Assembly (NCBI GenBank): GCA_026914245.1
Contig: CP110439.1
Location: 4,092,001 to 4,156,000 of the forward strand
Direction: 5' to 3'
DNA length: 64,000 nt
From: Puccinia triticina
Taxonomy: Eukaryota
The notes under the pieces are model-generated. The model was not told the origin of the DNA and made no database searches. It worked only from the letters and a program-made list of their open reading frames with translations. The position numbers were made by a program, and so were the translations under genes. Position 1 is the stretch's first letter. Each line of letters starts with the position of its first letter. Positions 12,030-25,214 of this stretch are shown here, one piece after another.

Positions 12030-15000
12030 AGGCAGAGGAAGGCGGAGCTGTAACTCCTATTGCTGAAAGCAACCTTCTGATGGTGGATCAACCAGTCGGT
12101 TTGGTTAGAAAGTCGGCATTGTTGCTGATTGTTCTGATGTAGTGAAGGAAAATGAGTTTTGATGTGACCAGTTCTCACACAAAATGGAGTCTGATGTCCA
12201 TGTGCTTAGTTCAAAAGCCATTCTGCAAGGTTTTGCTCTTTGCTAAATCAATCGCTCCCTGGTTGTCAACTCCAACAAAGAGACGATCAGGAGTGTAGCT
12301 AAGATTGATTTCTGAGATGAGGTTGACAATCCATGCTATCTCTCTACCGAGGTTGGATAGCGCCTTGTACTTGGCTTCAGTTGAGGAGAGCAAGACTGTG
12401 GCTTGCCGGCAGGCCTTCCATGAGATTACTTGTGACTTCTTCATGACTACATAACCGGTTGCCGATCTTCTGGTGTTGGGGCAGTTGCCCCAGTCGGAGT
12501 CAACATGCGCTCTGATTTCTAGGCTGGGTGCTTTTCTGAAGACTAGGCCCACATGTTTTGTACCGAGTAGGTATTGAAACACCTGTTGAGCGGCATGAAG
12601 GTGATGGACTGCTGGTTTCTCGAGGTGCTGGGAGAGAACGCTCACAGCATATGAGATGTTGGGTCGAGTTAAGACGCTGAGATAGTTCAATGAGCCGATG
12701 AGGGCCTGGTAGTTGATGTTCATACGTGCGAATTTGGCAGCTTCCTTCTTGGTAGCGGCTTGGAGGTGGACCTTGGGATTCATTGGGCAGGAGGCCGGTC
12801 TTGCAGAGTCAAGGCCGAATTCAATCAATTTTCTTTCAATGTACTGAGTTTGATGCACATGGAGAAAAGTGTCCAATCAATTGATGTTCATTCCTAGCAG
12901 AAAAGAGGCTTGTCCAAGGTATTTTATCTCAAACTCAGCTTCCATTTCAGCCTTGAAGATGGCTGGGTTGCTGCTGATGATGACGATGTCATCTACATGA
13001 CAGTATAGCCATGTTGCGGGAGCTGCCGCCCAATGGAAAACGCATGGATCAGAGACTGAGGCTGTAAAGCCAATTTTGCTGAGGTATCCACTGAGTCTCT
13101 TGTACCATACCAGCGAGGCCTGTTTGAGGCCGTAGATGGCTTTGCGAAGTTCAAAGATTGTCCCGGTTGGACAGTCGTACCCTTGAGGCGGTAGCAGTGT
13201 GACCGTGTCTTCCAAAGGGCACGTGAGGAACGCACTACGGACGTCAAGCTGGTGGATTTCTAGTCCGCAATTCACCGCATACGACAGAAGGAGACAAAGG
13301 GAAGCAGCTTTCCCAGTGGGCGCATACTTCAGTTCAAAGTTGACGCCAAAAGTCTGTCGGAAGCCCTGGGTGCATATTCTTGCCTTGTATTCGATGATCT
13401 GATTCTTGGGTCCTAGCTTCTTTTGATAGGCCCATGTTGATGCAATGGGGTTTTTGGTCGGTCGCCTTTGCGGTTCTGTCCAAACTTGATATTTCTTCAT
13501 GTTGTTGATCTCTTTGAGTTCGGCTTCAATCCATTTCAGTTTTTCAGCGCTCTTCATGGCTTGATTATGAGATTTTGGGTTGGTTGTGATGGCGATATAA
13601 CAGACTGGCTTTCTTGATCTTTTTCCTTTGATGATGTTGGATTCATCAATGGAGCTGGTAATGTTTTTGGATGGTGAAAAGTCATTGACATACACCCATC
13701 TCTTGCCGGGCTTGGGACTTATTGGATGATTGGTTGTAGGATCTTGCTCAAAGTCATCTTCCTCTGCTTGATTCTCATTTGGACTGGTGTCTTGTTCTGC
13801 GTCGTTTTTGAATGGAAGAACCGGATCAGAGCTGAACATGGGAACTGAGTCTTCTGTCATTGGCGACACATCTAGGCTTTTGTTGATGGCCCCGCATTCT
13901 GGGAAGACATTTTCATCAAATCTGACTTGTCTGGAGACTATGATGCTGCGATCTTCATGGCGGAGTATCCGATATGCCAAGAAGTCGTTGGTGTATCTGA
14001 CAAGGGTGCCTTCCCAGGCAATGGGATCAAATTTTTGATCGCGCTTAACCTTATCTTTGAGAATCCAGGCCCTACATCCAAAGGGTTTGAAGAAGGCAAT
14101 GTTCAGACGGAGCTTGAGAAAAAGTGTTATCGGCGGAGTCCGACTTTTAGCTAGCAGGGAGTTGGTGATCGAGGTAGTGGTGAGAGCAGCTTCTCCCCAC
14201 CATTCAGCAGCCATGTTTGACTGAATGAGGATGCATCTGGTCATTTTGATGGCAGTGCGATTAGCCCGTTCAGAGATTCCGTTGTGCTGCGGAGTATAGG
14301 GCAGAGATACATTGTGCTGAATGCCCTCATGCCGGAGAATTTTGCTGAGGGTGTTGTTGCAAAATTCCCCTCCTCCGTCGGTGACAATCTTTTTTATGGT
14401 CTTGTTTGTTTGTTTTTCGAACTTTGTCTTGTATTCAAGGATGACAAAGACTGCTTGCAATTTTTCCTTGAGTAGGCTGAGGTGAATAAATCCAGTGTGC
14501 TGATTGACAATGGTGAGGAAGTATCTGCATCCACTGTTTGTGGCTGGCCAAATCGGGCCAACAATGTCACTGTGTATGACTTCAAGGGGTTCTTCGGTTG
14601 GGGAAAATCTTCCTTTGAACGGAAGTTTTATCATCTTGCCTTGCATACATGCTTTGCAGGCGGATTTCTCTTGAAGGAGGTTGATGTTGCCAAGCACTGT
14701 CTTGATTCTGGCTGCACTTGCATGGCCAAGTCTTTGATGCCAAGTCATGAAGGTATTTGCCGGTGCTATGACCGTGGTGCTCAGGGCAGTCAACTTTGGA
14801 GATAATACTCCTTTGATCTTGAAGAGATTCTGACTCGTGTTGATCTTCATCGTGTGATTTCCATTGATTCTAACCATCATCTGTCCTTCGGCATTGTAGA
14901 TTTCAGCTTTGTCTCTGATTAGCTGCGCGAAGGAAATGAGGTTGGTTGCGAGGTTGGGAACATAGAGGGCATTTCGAAGGGTGATCACTGTGTTGTTTCT

Positions 15001-16070
15001 GAAGTTGAGTTTGGCGGTTCCGATTCTGCTGCCAACCATCTCAGGGTTGTCATTGCCGGTTCCTGTGATTATGAGCACGTTGGTGGGAGTTGTCTTGGTA
15101 AAGTATGCCAACAAGTTGAACATATGCTGACTGGCTCCAGAGTCTAGAATGATTGAGTTTCTCTCAATTTGCTCAGCCGTAATGTGATACGCGTAGCTCT
15201 GTCCGGTGCTGCATTGATCATCACTGCTGGTGGTCGTGACGAGGTTGATTGCTTGTTTCTTTGGTAGCAATGTCATCGGCCTGAGCTCTGGGTGTAGAGT
15301 CCAGCATTGGCTTTCTTCATGCATTGCCTCTGGGTTGTGTCTCCCATTCTTGCATGCGATGAATGGTTGTTTTCTTGAGCTGGTGGCTAGCGCTGTACCG
15401 GATGGAGGGCCCGATGGGGGGTTGGGTCCGTTTGAGAGAGTCTTCATTCTCATGACCTGTTCATGATTTGCAATTTTTCTGAGTTTATCGAGTATAGTGT
15501 CTCCATATCGCCCAAGATTCTTTCCATGATGATGGGCCTTCTCTCAGTGATTGTCTTGATAATGCTCACGCTGATGAGCTTGTTCATGACGCTGAGTCCA
15601 ATGGTACAGATTTCTGCCAGTAATGCCTCTACCTTGATGATGTATTTGAGGAGGTCATCGTTGTAGGAGATTTGAAGATACTGCGACCAGACGTGATATA
15701 TGCCGTAAATCGTAGCCTTGGCGTAATTGGTCTTTAATCGATTCCAAATCTTGTGTGGGTCACATCCGCAGGTGCTTGAAAAGCTCGTGAGAATTTCCGG
15801 AACAATTTTCGAGTTGAGGATGAGCCATGCCTCCAACTTTTGTTCCTTAATCTTGTCATCATTTGACTCGAACGTATCCTTTTCCACGACAGGCCATAGC
15901 TTCTTGAATTCCAGATAGGCACTCATGGCGTTCTGCCAATTGGCATAGTTGCTGCCATTGAAGGTTGGAATTATTATGATTTCTTTCTCTTCCTTCTTGC
16001 TGGTGATGGCGGTTCCTGGGGTTGGAATGCTGATTGGAGGAAGAGAGCTTTGTCGAGTGGCGGTCGGCAT
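12030..16070 (-). pseudogene. Copia gag-pol polyprotein, disrupted
   Basis: ORFs 15450-16076, 12877-15453 and 12211-12876 are separated by a frameshift and stops; Copia domain motifs as above. Confidence 0.9.
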
Positions 16071-16840
16071 TTTCAATCTGTTACTTAGAGGCGCCGGGGG
16101 GAGATCATTACAGTTTCCCCATCTAGCAATCTACGTTCTAGCTAGGATCACCAGACCGCCTCCCAACCCCGACAGACCAACCATAACACTCCCGCACACC
16201 CAATCACTTGAAAAAAGTGAAGTGAAGCCATGTGAAATCAATACATCCAGGATTTAAAAAAGAGGCAGAACTCACCAAGCTAAAATAAGTGACTAACTAG
16301 ACCAATTACATCCTGGTGAGACTAATATTCAATTGTATGAACAACAGTGTTCCAGCTAAGCTAACCAAAGTGTTGGTGTGGTGTAGTTTTGCAGGATTCT
16401 TATTGTAGAATTGGGGGAATTGCATCTTCTCTGCTCTTATCCAACTTGTGCAGGTCATATAAAATCCTTCTACACTTTTTAAAGCTCTTTGGAGTGGGGT
16501 TTTGGCCTTTTTTGGTGCTAAACGCTCTGTAGTGTTGCGGCAGTAGGGGTGACTTAACTCTACAGTCAAAAGGGCTGCCGTTAGAACAGCTTGAATAACA
16601 CTGACTTGCCCCCAAGTGTAGTGTAGCATAGAATTTCTATGCTAGACTTGGTGGGCTTCTACTAGAAGCCTACCATTGTTGAGAGTAAAGAGAAATCCAC
16701 TACCAATCAGGTAGTGCATGATTGTGCACCCCATGTTTTTTGGAGTTCGTGGGTGTGCACTCCAATGTTTTGGAGTGCATGAGTTTTCCACACCAATTTT
16801 TTGGAGTGCATGAGTGTGCACTCCATTTTTTTGGTGCATG

Positions 16841-18545
16841 CACCAGGAAAATAAGATAGTCATTTGATGACAAGTGACATCACACCAGCTCCAGCCATCT
16901 ACCCAACATCTATCCAATATCTATCCATTATCTACCCCAATCTCCCAACTGTCTCCTCAACTTCCAAAATTTACCAAGGAGGTCCTGTTCAGTTTTTGAT
17001 GAGCCCAACTGATCCTCAGTTCTTTCCAGCTGATACTCAGCTTTGGTCCCAGCTCATACTCAGCTTTTTTGCTCAGCTAATACTTGCTTTTTCACGCAGC
17101 TCACTCTCAGAATTGGAATTAAAAAAAAATTGCCAGTCCTTGCCCAGCTGATGCTCAGCTTTGTACTAGTCCTGGCACAGCGGATGCTCAGCTTTGTACC
17201 AGTCCTTACTCAGCCTTTTCCTAGTTCTGTCCCAGCTGATGCTCAGCTTTGACCCAGTCCTGGGCCAGCTGGCCAGCTGATGCTCAGCTTGCTGAGTATC
17301 AGCTGAGCCAGGCCAGGGAAAAATATGGGAGTTAGCTTGGACAGTAGAGATTGCCCGTGGGTACCCGTGGGGGGTACCCGGTATCCGTGGGCAGGTACCC
17401 GCCCGCGGGTGCCGTGTGCGGGTCCGGGTATGTAAAACTTGGATGGCGGGTACCCGTCCAGTTACCCGCTGCAAAAGGTCTGGAGATGAGAAGTTGCGGA
17501 CAACATTTTGCAGCACAATCATGGCCCCCGCTAACCTAACCCTTGTGGTGTCCAGCACATGCTGGATGCCAAGAGGGCATACACTCTTGATGTCCGGCAC
17601 AGAGCGGACATTGGGAGGGTGTATGTATGCCCTCTCGATGTACGGTATGTGCTGGACACCGAGGGGGCATACATACACTCTTGATGTCCGGCCCAGACCG
17701 TACATTGAGAATTCACAGGCAGACATACCCTCTTGATATCCGGCCCAGACCAAGCACCAAGAGGGTATATACACCCTTGATGACGGTCTATGCCGGCTTC
17801 GAGGGTGGTCTAAACTCTTGATGAACGGCACAGAACGGACATTGGGAGGGTATACACATACCCTCTTGATGTCTGGTCTGTGCCGGTCATCAAGACTGTA
17901 CACCCTCTTGGTGTCCAGCACAGACCAGACATCAAGAGGGTATACATACACCCTCTCAATACCCGGCCCAGGTCAGGCATTGAGAGGGTATATATACACC
18001 CTTGATGAACGGTCTGTGTCGGTCATCAAGAGGTTACACCACCCTCAAAGCCGGCATAGACCGGCTAGAGGGTTGAATTGTAGGTGGTACCCGTGATACC
18101 CGCCATGGGTGCCGCCGGTACCCGCCCTATGGGTGCCAGGTCCGAGTCCCGGTATCTAAATATGCCCAAAATGACTGCAGGTACCCACACCTGCCACAGG
18201 TACCCGGGTCCACTCGGCGGTCTCTATTGGACAGGAGCAGAGCTGAAAATCAGCTAGGCTAGGTCCAAAGCTGAGCATTAGCTGAGCATGTCCAAGGCTG
18301 AGCATCAGCTGTGCCAGGGTCAAAGATGATCATCAGGTGGCCGGTGCCAAAGCTGAGCATCAGCTGGGCCAGGGCCAAAGCTGAGCATCAACTGGTTTTG
18401 TCACATTGGGTGCTTTGATCTTGACACCTGTCATGCAAGCCCTAGATGTGCTGTTGGAGAGGAGCAGCATTGGAGCAGTGTTGGAGCTGAAAAAAAAGCT
18501 GGGTCATGTCACTTGCCATCAAGTGACTACTTTTTTTTCCTGGTG
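16841..18545. mobile_element. CACCAGG-ended non-autonomous element (CACTA-like)
   Basis: TIRs CACCAGGAAAA...TTTTCCTGGTG, 3-bp TSD ATG, internal CAGCTGATGCTCAGC repeats. Inserted in a GTGCACTCC-repeat tract. Confidence 0.85.
17345..18226. mobile_element. Non-autonomous hAT element
   Basis: TIRs TAGAGATTGCC/GGCGGTCTCTA, perfect 8-bp TSD TTGGACAG, GGTACCCG subterminal repeats. Confidence 0.9.
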
Positions 18546-18849
18546 ATGGGCGTGCACTCCATTTTTTTGGTGCATGGGTGTGCACTCCATTTTTTGGTGC
18601 ATGGGTGTGCACTTCAATTTCTTGGAGTGCACACTAATACACACCAAAAATGGTATGCATGTGGTATTTCTTTGGTGTGAATAAATGCTGACTCTTTTTC
18701 AAACCTGTCAACTGCATAATGGTGGATTTGGTCATATTTGATACCCACTAATCTCCATTAAATTTTGCCTTAATGGGGGAAATCAAGAGAATGGCTAATT
18801 TTTCTGCAACCCACGGCCCAAATATAGAAAAAGTGTCAGATTGTAGTTC

Positions 18850-20950
18850 ATTCTACTCTTTCAGAACTTTCCGTGTCGGAGTCGGGGTGAATCATGTTGT
18901 CTCCGATGGATACGATTTTTCCCTTCAAAGATTCAGATGCGGGAAGGTCGTACCAGTGTATTGTGACACCTGGCTCAATTATCGAGCTTTCCTCGTCGCC
19001 GGCCAACAGGTAGATTATGGGATCTCTGTGAAGATTTTGAAGGGTCCAATATGGTTCAGCAGTACCCGACGGAGCGAACCGAAGAGTTTTTTCCCATCTT
19101 CCGCCAGTAATAGTCGTCCGCGTGTTTTTTGGAATAGCGAAATTGATGGGCAACTGTTCACACAACAATCATGAATGAATTGACATCTATCCATAGGAAG
19201 CTCCAAAAGATGGATAGAGACCTACCATGAGCCGGTCCCAAGTTTTGGCCAACATGTGAATTAACGGGGTTGGACCTACGACTCGATCTGCCCTTAGGAC
19301 GATCATCAAGACGAAAAGGCAGAAACACGGCGAAGTTTTCATGGCGATCGAAGGCTGCGTCGATTGGCGCGATTATTTCGTTCGCTACGAAATGAGACAA
19401 ATTGTGAAGTATCGGATCAGAACCTGGGAGGCAAAAGTCGTCCACGTGAAGCGCAGAGAAACAGGCTAACTTTTCCCAGACAAATTGATAGAGTAGGGGA
19501 GGGGGGCACTTGGATTATAATCCAACCGGCAGGCAAGAAAGATTGATTAGATGATCGCGGGAAGCGGGACTGAAACTATCAAACCAGCCCTTCTACGGCT
19601 TCTTTCTTACGCCAATGAGCACGGAGCGATACATACATTCTCACCAACAAAACAACAAACACGGGAGAAGTCTCTGTACATACTTGTGTGTCAAGACGCT
19701 GTTGAAATGCCGTTCGAATTTGTCGGACAAAAAGTCTGATACACTTCCAAGGCTTGCGAGGCCTTGCAGACTTCGGATACGCCCACCTTTTCTCGCCTCA
19801 TGACACGGAGCGAAAAATTTTCACGAACAAACATCAGTACTACTTTGAACAAATCTCCCAATCAGTATCAGGTCATCATATCCTGGGAGCAGATGGAGCA
19901 CATGGCAAAAGCGGCTTGGATAAATCCGGTTTCAGCTTTCTTCATGAAACCAGATTTGAGATGGGCCAAGGCTTGAAGGAACCGGCTGGCGCAGTCAGTA
20001 TTGGGACGGCGTTGGAGGAGTTCCAAGGCGAGAGAGGAGCTGGTCGACGGAGAGGAGGAAGTGGGCGACTTGGATGATAAAAAATGGTGGGTGTGCCTGA
20101 GTCTGATGAACAGGATCTCGGGGTTGAAGAGTCGGGAGAGCTTCGGAGACAAAGGTCGAGCCGGCCTCGCCAAGTGCGCCGGGCAGTTTCAGCCGGCTGT
20201 TGAGTTCTGGAATTACGAGCTTGGGTAGGAGCAATGAGCCCAACAGGCCCGCATCCGAGTCGGCATTCGTGATCATCGGGCCCTCGGGATCCTTGCACAC
20301 CGTCAAACAACCCGCTGGGACATTGTGCTCTGTTGAAGAGGATGGTCCAGAGAGAGACGCTGGAAGGCAAGCTTGACGTCTTTGACTTGCCTGAGTCCCT
20401 TGGCGATCTGGGCATTGTGAGATGATTGTCGGTGGCAGGTTCTAAGAGGCGACGGAAGAGCTCGTCGAAATGTTGAGCTTGATCGGCCTCCGATGGTCAT
20501 TTCGATCGGCCAAAACGAGAGCGCCCGCCTCTCAGCGCGCATCTCAATGCTTAGTTTACGACGGTAGCCTTCGGTCTGAATTTCAGCTGATCGAGTGCGT
20601 AGTTATCGGTCAGGATGAGGGCCTTGGTGCTTGCTTGCTGAACGGGTGATGAATCGGCTGGTCATGATGCTATGATGGCTGCATGGATTGCTGTCAAGTA
20701 GCTCGCATCTTCCGGGTTGGACTGATCCATCTCCAACTTGAAACTACGCCGTCCCTGTCCGGAGGACCCAGCTCCAGTGTGCAGGCTGTCCAATCCCCTC
20801 CGGGTGCCTCCGGGCGACTGGTACTTCGGCTCGAGGTGCCTGCCGGCCGGCCATGGTGATGGTGAGCATGACCCGGCGAAGCGATGGTTCCAGTCATGAA
20901 CCCGCACCCGGATTCCAGTGGGGCAAACCTTCTGCACCCATCCAAACCCC
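18850..20950 (-). pseudogene. Possible fragmented host-gene relic, product unassigned
   Basis: CpG-retaining, non-repetitive sequence with several short protein-like ORF pieces in different minus-strand frames; no continuous model could be built. Confidence 0.3.
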
Positions 20951-21329
20951 AAAGTTAAAAAAATAAAGGCCCTCCGAACATAAATATCCCTTTATAGATT
21001 TACAGGACTGTAGCTTGGAGGGGACTTTGTTTTTGACTCAACTGCTGTGTCCATCCGCCTCTGGCCCTCGAAGCACACAGGCCGGGGAATTGTTCGTTTT
21101 CTTGACACGACGTAGGCCAGGTTCTCTTCTCTTCTTTTCTATCTTGTTGTTTGTGCAATGGGGTCTTTCTCAAACTGACCAGCTGCGGGAACAATGACCG
21201 TGACATATTTACACCTTTTCATGATGTTTTGAGCAGCCTCATCCACTTCCGCAGGAGTCACATACCTCAAGTGACAAGTCATACCAAGCTAACTAGCCCC
21301 GACGGGCGGGGTGATTGGGGAATCACTCA

Positions 21330-22745
21330 AAAACGGACGACTCGGCCATCTTTACCCGGTGGAACCTCGGCCACAGCACTGGCACCTGGGAGGTATGTTC
21401 CATCATAAATACTCAGCAGGACATCTCAAGACTTCAGCTTAGTTCTGTCATACCTTCTTGAATTCACTCCAGATCCAGTCGTCCAGATGTTCAAACTTCT
21501 AATCGACAAGTTCAACCCACAAGCCCATCCGGACCCACAAATCAATGACGAGGCCCTGCCCCCCAATGCGGTCCTACCGATGAATGGCCTGCCAACGTGG
21601 ACCCACCAACCAATGTGTCTCCTGATCAGCATACAATCCAAGAGCAACTCTCATCTTTCTCTCTGGACGACAAGAATCTGCTGGAAGGGCAGTTGAATAG
21701 GCTACATTCGGAACTTCTACCTCTCCTACGAGAACCAATCACCGCGCTCTGCCGATCAAGCAATCCAGCAGGCTTTTTGCAAGAACCTGAGTCCCAACTC
21801 AAGAAAATCTTGCACATCCAGTCAGAACTCGAGCCTATTATGGATCAAATCCAATCTATCATGACTACCGTCTGTCCGGAACCTATTTCTTCCGCGAACC
21901 AAACCGATGATCGCGACCTCAAAGGATTGAAATCATACCGGCTTCACTTCCTGAAAACGGAGTTCGATCGAGGATGGTGGCGGTACATATGTCAGATTGT
22001 TGGGGAGTTCTATGAGGAAATTCAAGTGTTCGGGCTCTCATCGGAGGGATCTACGGATCGCTTCAACGCATCTTCATACAGGCAAAATACTGGCGACCCT
22101 TTGGCTCTCATCCAGGATTCGATCGATTCCGCTGTGGAGCGGCTCAAGGAATCGGAGTTCGATTATGTCAAGAATCGATGGAAAGCAGATATTACAAACA
22201 TAGAAGACACCCTGGAGAGTGTCAACCATCTACTCCGCAAATCAACGTTGCCAACCAATCGACACCGCCGCGAGGCAGCGCGATTTTTCCGTGAACCGGT
22301 CATCCAATTCGCCAAAGTAACACTACCGATCATCAAACTATCCAGGCTTTTTTTCGCCAAACTAACGAAGCGCGGATTGAATCAGGCACGGCTTCCATTC
22401 TTGACAGAGATGTCCGCTGGCCAACTCGAATCTTTGGCTGAGGTGGCGGGAAGCGTGGATGAAGATCTCCTTCAACTCATCCGGCGGTTGCGCCTCATTG
22501 ATGTCCATCTCGAAGCTGCTGCTCGTACTCGCGAACTCACCCCAATAGCTAAAAAAGTTGTATCCCGCTTTGAATCTGCCATATTTCTTGTACTCTTGTA
22601 TCTTGTTCCTGTGATCCCAGCCACCGGCAATGTTGCAAGTCAAGATTATTTCAAGAGCTGGTTGGCTACATGGAACCATTCGATGATTCTAGCCCATGAT
22701 AACTTGGAACGTGCTGCAAAATTGTTGGCCAACCCTCCTGGATAG
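21330..22745 (+). CDS. Uncharacterised helical protein, family paralogue 1 (5' end apparently frameshifted)
   Basis: 382-aa ORF shares motifs LLPLL, LKxYRL, PIIKLxRxFF, LPxxTEM and WxxxW with paralogues 2 and 3. GT-AG intron 21393-21472. Confidence 0.7.
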
Positions 22746-23247
22746 CTCTGGTTTCTTGCTCTTCTTTTCCTTGGATTTTATTTTATTTTGGTTTGATTCA
22801 TTATCATAGTCATGCTTTGAGAAAACACAAATGGACATGCTTCTCCACATGAAGATAAAATACGCAAGCAGGTTGAAGTGGATAAGGCTAAAGCTCTTCT
22901 TGGGTCGGTGCTGGTCGGTGATCGGCAATTGCGCTTTTTGCAACAGAATATATGAATACATCGCAACAAAATGGCATTGAAAAGAGATTTACATCCACAG
23001 ATCGAAAAGCAAATAGAAAAATCGCCAAGATACCCACTCATTCTCACGTGACTGATACTTCTGAGCTATCCACAACACTGATTCTAGAGATTATGTATTG
23101 CTTCATGCCACTCATGGTTTATTTTGCTCATAATGCGCCGTGACGCAGTGCGCAGTCTGAACTACGGAAACCAGGTCTGGGTTCTGAACTTCTGCCGGGC
23201 AACCCAGGCGGCAGACCTGTCAAATTCCACTATCATAGGAACCAACG

Positions 23248-24714
23248 ATGGCGGTGAACCCCAACAGAACCATGACCGATCCACTCTTCACAGGCATGGA
23301 GGTGGTCTTGGCACACTCATCTCCGAAAACACGGCATCTTCAATTAGGTGGTATGTACACACACAAATATCCGCTTATACATGGATATCATCCAAGCTTT
23401 CATTACTTCCGTACACCTGCTGACGCCTCCGAAACCTCGCTAGACTTCGTCATCCTTGGGTTTAGAGCATTGATCAGCAAGTATGATGCGGATAGCGAAG
23501 AGGGCTATGAATCTTATCAAGAAGATCGCTCTGGCGACGAATTCGATCAGGAAGAAGATCTCTCTGGCGATGAAGCTAATCCGGAAAAAGATGTCTCTGG
23601 CGCCAAAGTCAACGTAAAAAGAAAGAAAGACCTCCCTGGCAAAGAAATCGATTCGGATGACGAAGATCTCTTCGACGAGCAAATCAATTTCCAAAGAGGT
23701 CTTGTGAAATCGTTAAATTCGAGTCTCCTACCCCGACTAAGACACCAAATAACCACCATGTCGCTATCGCTAGACCCAACCCGCTTACAAAAAGATCCAG
23801 AATTTCACCTCGATGTCATCCTAGGTATCCAATCAGAATTCAACCAGACTTGGCATGAAATTAAGGCTGCACTTCGTATACTCTGTCGAGATTCCTCTTC
23901 GTGGAAAACCGAAAATGACCGGCAACTGAAAGAACTCAAATACTTCAGACTATCCAAGCTGTCTACTTTTATTGAAATAGCATTGTGGAGCGATCTTTTT
24001 GAGCTTTTTGAAAAGTCATATGCATCTATTCAACGACTCAAACTCACAAATGAGAAACCATTTGTCTGGAGTCACAGAGCCTTTTCTAGCGAGTGGAAAT
24101 CGAGACATGTTTGTTCTCCTCTGAAGGAAATCGACTCGGCCCTTTTCTGGTCAAACGGATCCGACTTTGATCTTGTGCAGTTTGATTGGCCAAGCAGGAT
24201 ACATGAAATCGATAACAAACTAGAAGAGCTACTGAACCTGATCGATGCAAAAAATGGAAATGCACCTCCGAATTCTCTCAGCAAACCATCCATCCAGCTA
24301 GCGAATTCACTAATACCAATCATCAAATTAATTCGAGTGTTTTTCGACACATTGGTCCAATGGGGAGCCAATAAGAAAAGGCTGCCAATGTTCACCGAGA
24401 TGCATTCGGGACAGTTGGAAGCCACAAGTGTCTTGCCTCAACATGTCAATCGGGATCTCGAGGCATTACTCCAGTTGCTGAAGAAAAAACCTCCAGCCGC
24501 CGAAGGTTCACGTCGTGACATCGATTTCGTTCGAAGGGCCAGAAAAATGCAAGAGCGGTTTCAACGTCCTATAGAGCTTATATTGTGCCATTTTACTCCT
24601 CTGATCCCGGATGACCATGGCTTTCCATCCCGGGATGACTTCACCACTTGGATCAATTCCTGGTCTAGTCAACTTAGTTTGGCCACCAAAAATCTTAAAC
24701 ATGCTACCAGCTAG
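23248..24714 (+). CDS. Uncharacterised helical protein, family paralogue 2
   Basis: 488-aa ORF including a probable in-frame 93-nt intron 23351-23443 (GTATGT, GCTGAC branch, TAG); family motifs present. Confidence 0.85.
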   Translation: MAVNPNRTMTDPLFTGMEVVLAHSSPKTRHLQLGGMYTHKYPLIHGYHPSFHYFRTPADASETSLDFVILGFRALISKYDADSEEGYESYQEDRSGDEFDQEEDLSGDEANPEKDVSGAKVNVKRKKDLPGKEIDSDDEDLFDEQINFQRGLVKSLNSSLLPRLRHQITTMSLSLDPTRLQKDPEFHLDVILGIQSEFNQTWHEIKAALRILCRDSSSWKTENDRQLKELKYFRLSKLSTFIEIALWSDLFELFEKSYASIQRLKLTNEKPFVWSHRAFSSEWKSRHVCSPLKEIDSALFWSNGSDFDLVQFDWPSRIHEIDNKLEELLNLIDAKNGNAPPNSLSKPSIQLANSLIPIIKLIRVFFDTLVQWGANKKRLPMFTEMHSGQLEATSVLPQHVNRDLEALLQLLKKKPPAAEGSRRDIDFVRRARKMQERFQRPIELILCHFTPLIPDDHGFPSRDDFTTWINSWSSQLSLATKNLKHATS

Positions 24715-25214
24715 TTACTTGATCATAGTTTCTGCATTCTTCTACATCAACCTACCTTCATTCTTTGTTTCATTCGCACTACCAGAGGGGAAAAATTCAA
24801 AAGTATGTTAACACTTTCTTGTCCGGAATTTTCTTCAGTTTACCTTCTGTTTGTGATTGATTAGAGTCATTGTGCTGTAGTGATCAGTCATGCAATCGGA
24901 GAGGAGTAGTTTGGGTCTCAGGAGGAGCAAAAAAATCAGTGACAGACGTACAGTGACTTGAGGATGTCTACACAGGAAAATTGTGAGGAATCATGTGGAG
25001 CATCTCTCATTGCCAATGGCAGATTGGGAGATTTAGGCCAGCTGGGCTATATTTTGTGAATTCAAAACATGGTCCATGTCCCTTTATTTACCAGGTGACA
25101 GGTGTGAAGGCCCACCTACTTGTCCTATCTCAATTGGCAAGCTAGCCTAGTATAAGCAAGAGAGGAAAACTATTCTTGTAGAAACTCTAATGACAATGAC
25201 TTGAACAATATAAT

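Larger units (their letters stand above)
11043..16076 (-). mobile_element. Ty1/Copia retrotransposon, 5' LTR lost
   Basis: Order gag, protease (ILDSGASQHM), integrase (WHQRLGH, IVTDGGGEF), RT (HQLDVRSAFL, YCHVDD), RNase H (HVDSDW). Probable 3' LTR 11043-12000 bounded by TGTAAGAAT/ATTCTGACA. Confidence 0.9.
6456..16188 (+). mobile_element. Rearranged Ty3/Gypsy LTR retrotransposon containing Mutator-like and Copia insertions
   Basis: 5' LTR 6456-6644 (TGTTATGAGC...CCATAACA), partial 3' LTR 16077-16188, 5-bp TSD CTCCC (6451-6455 and 16189-16193). Confidence 0.9.

Noticed and set aside
17166..18096. Repeat-containing ORFs of up to 261 aa (also 4389-4619 and 57066-57401)
   Set aside because: Translations of minisatellite units inside non-autonomous elements.
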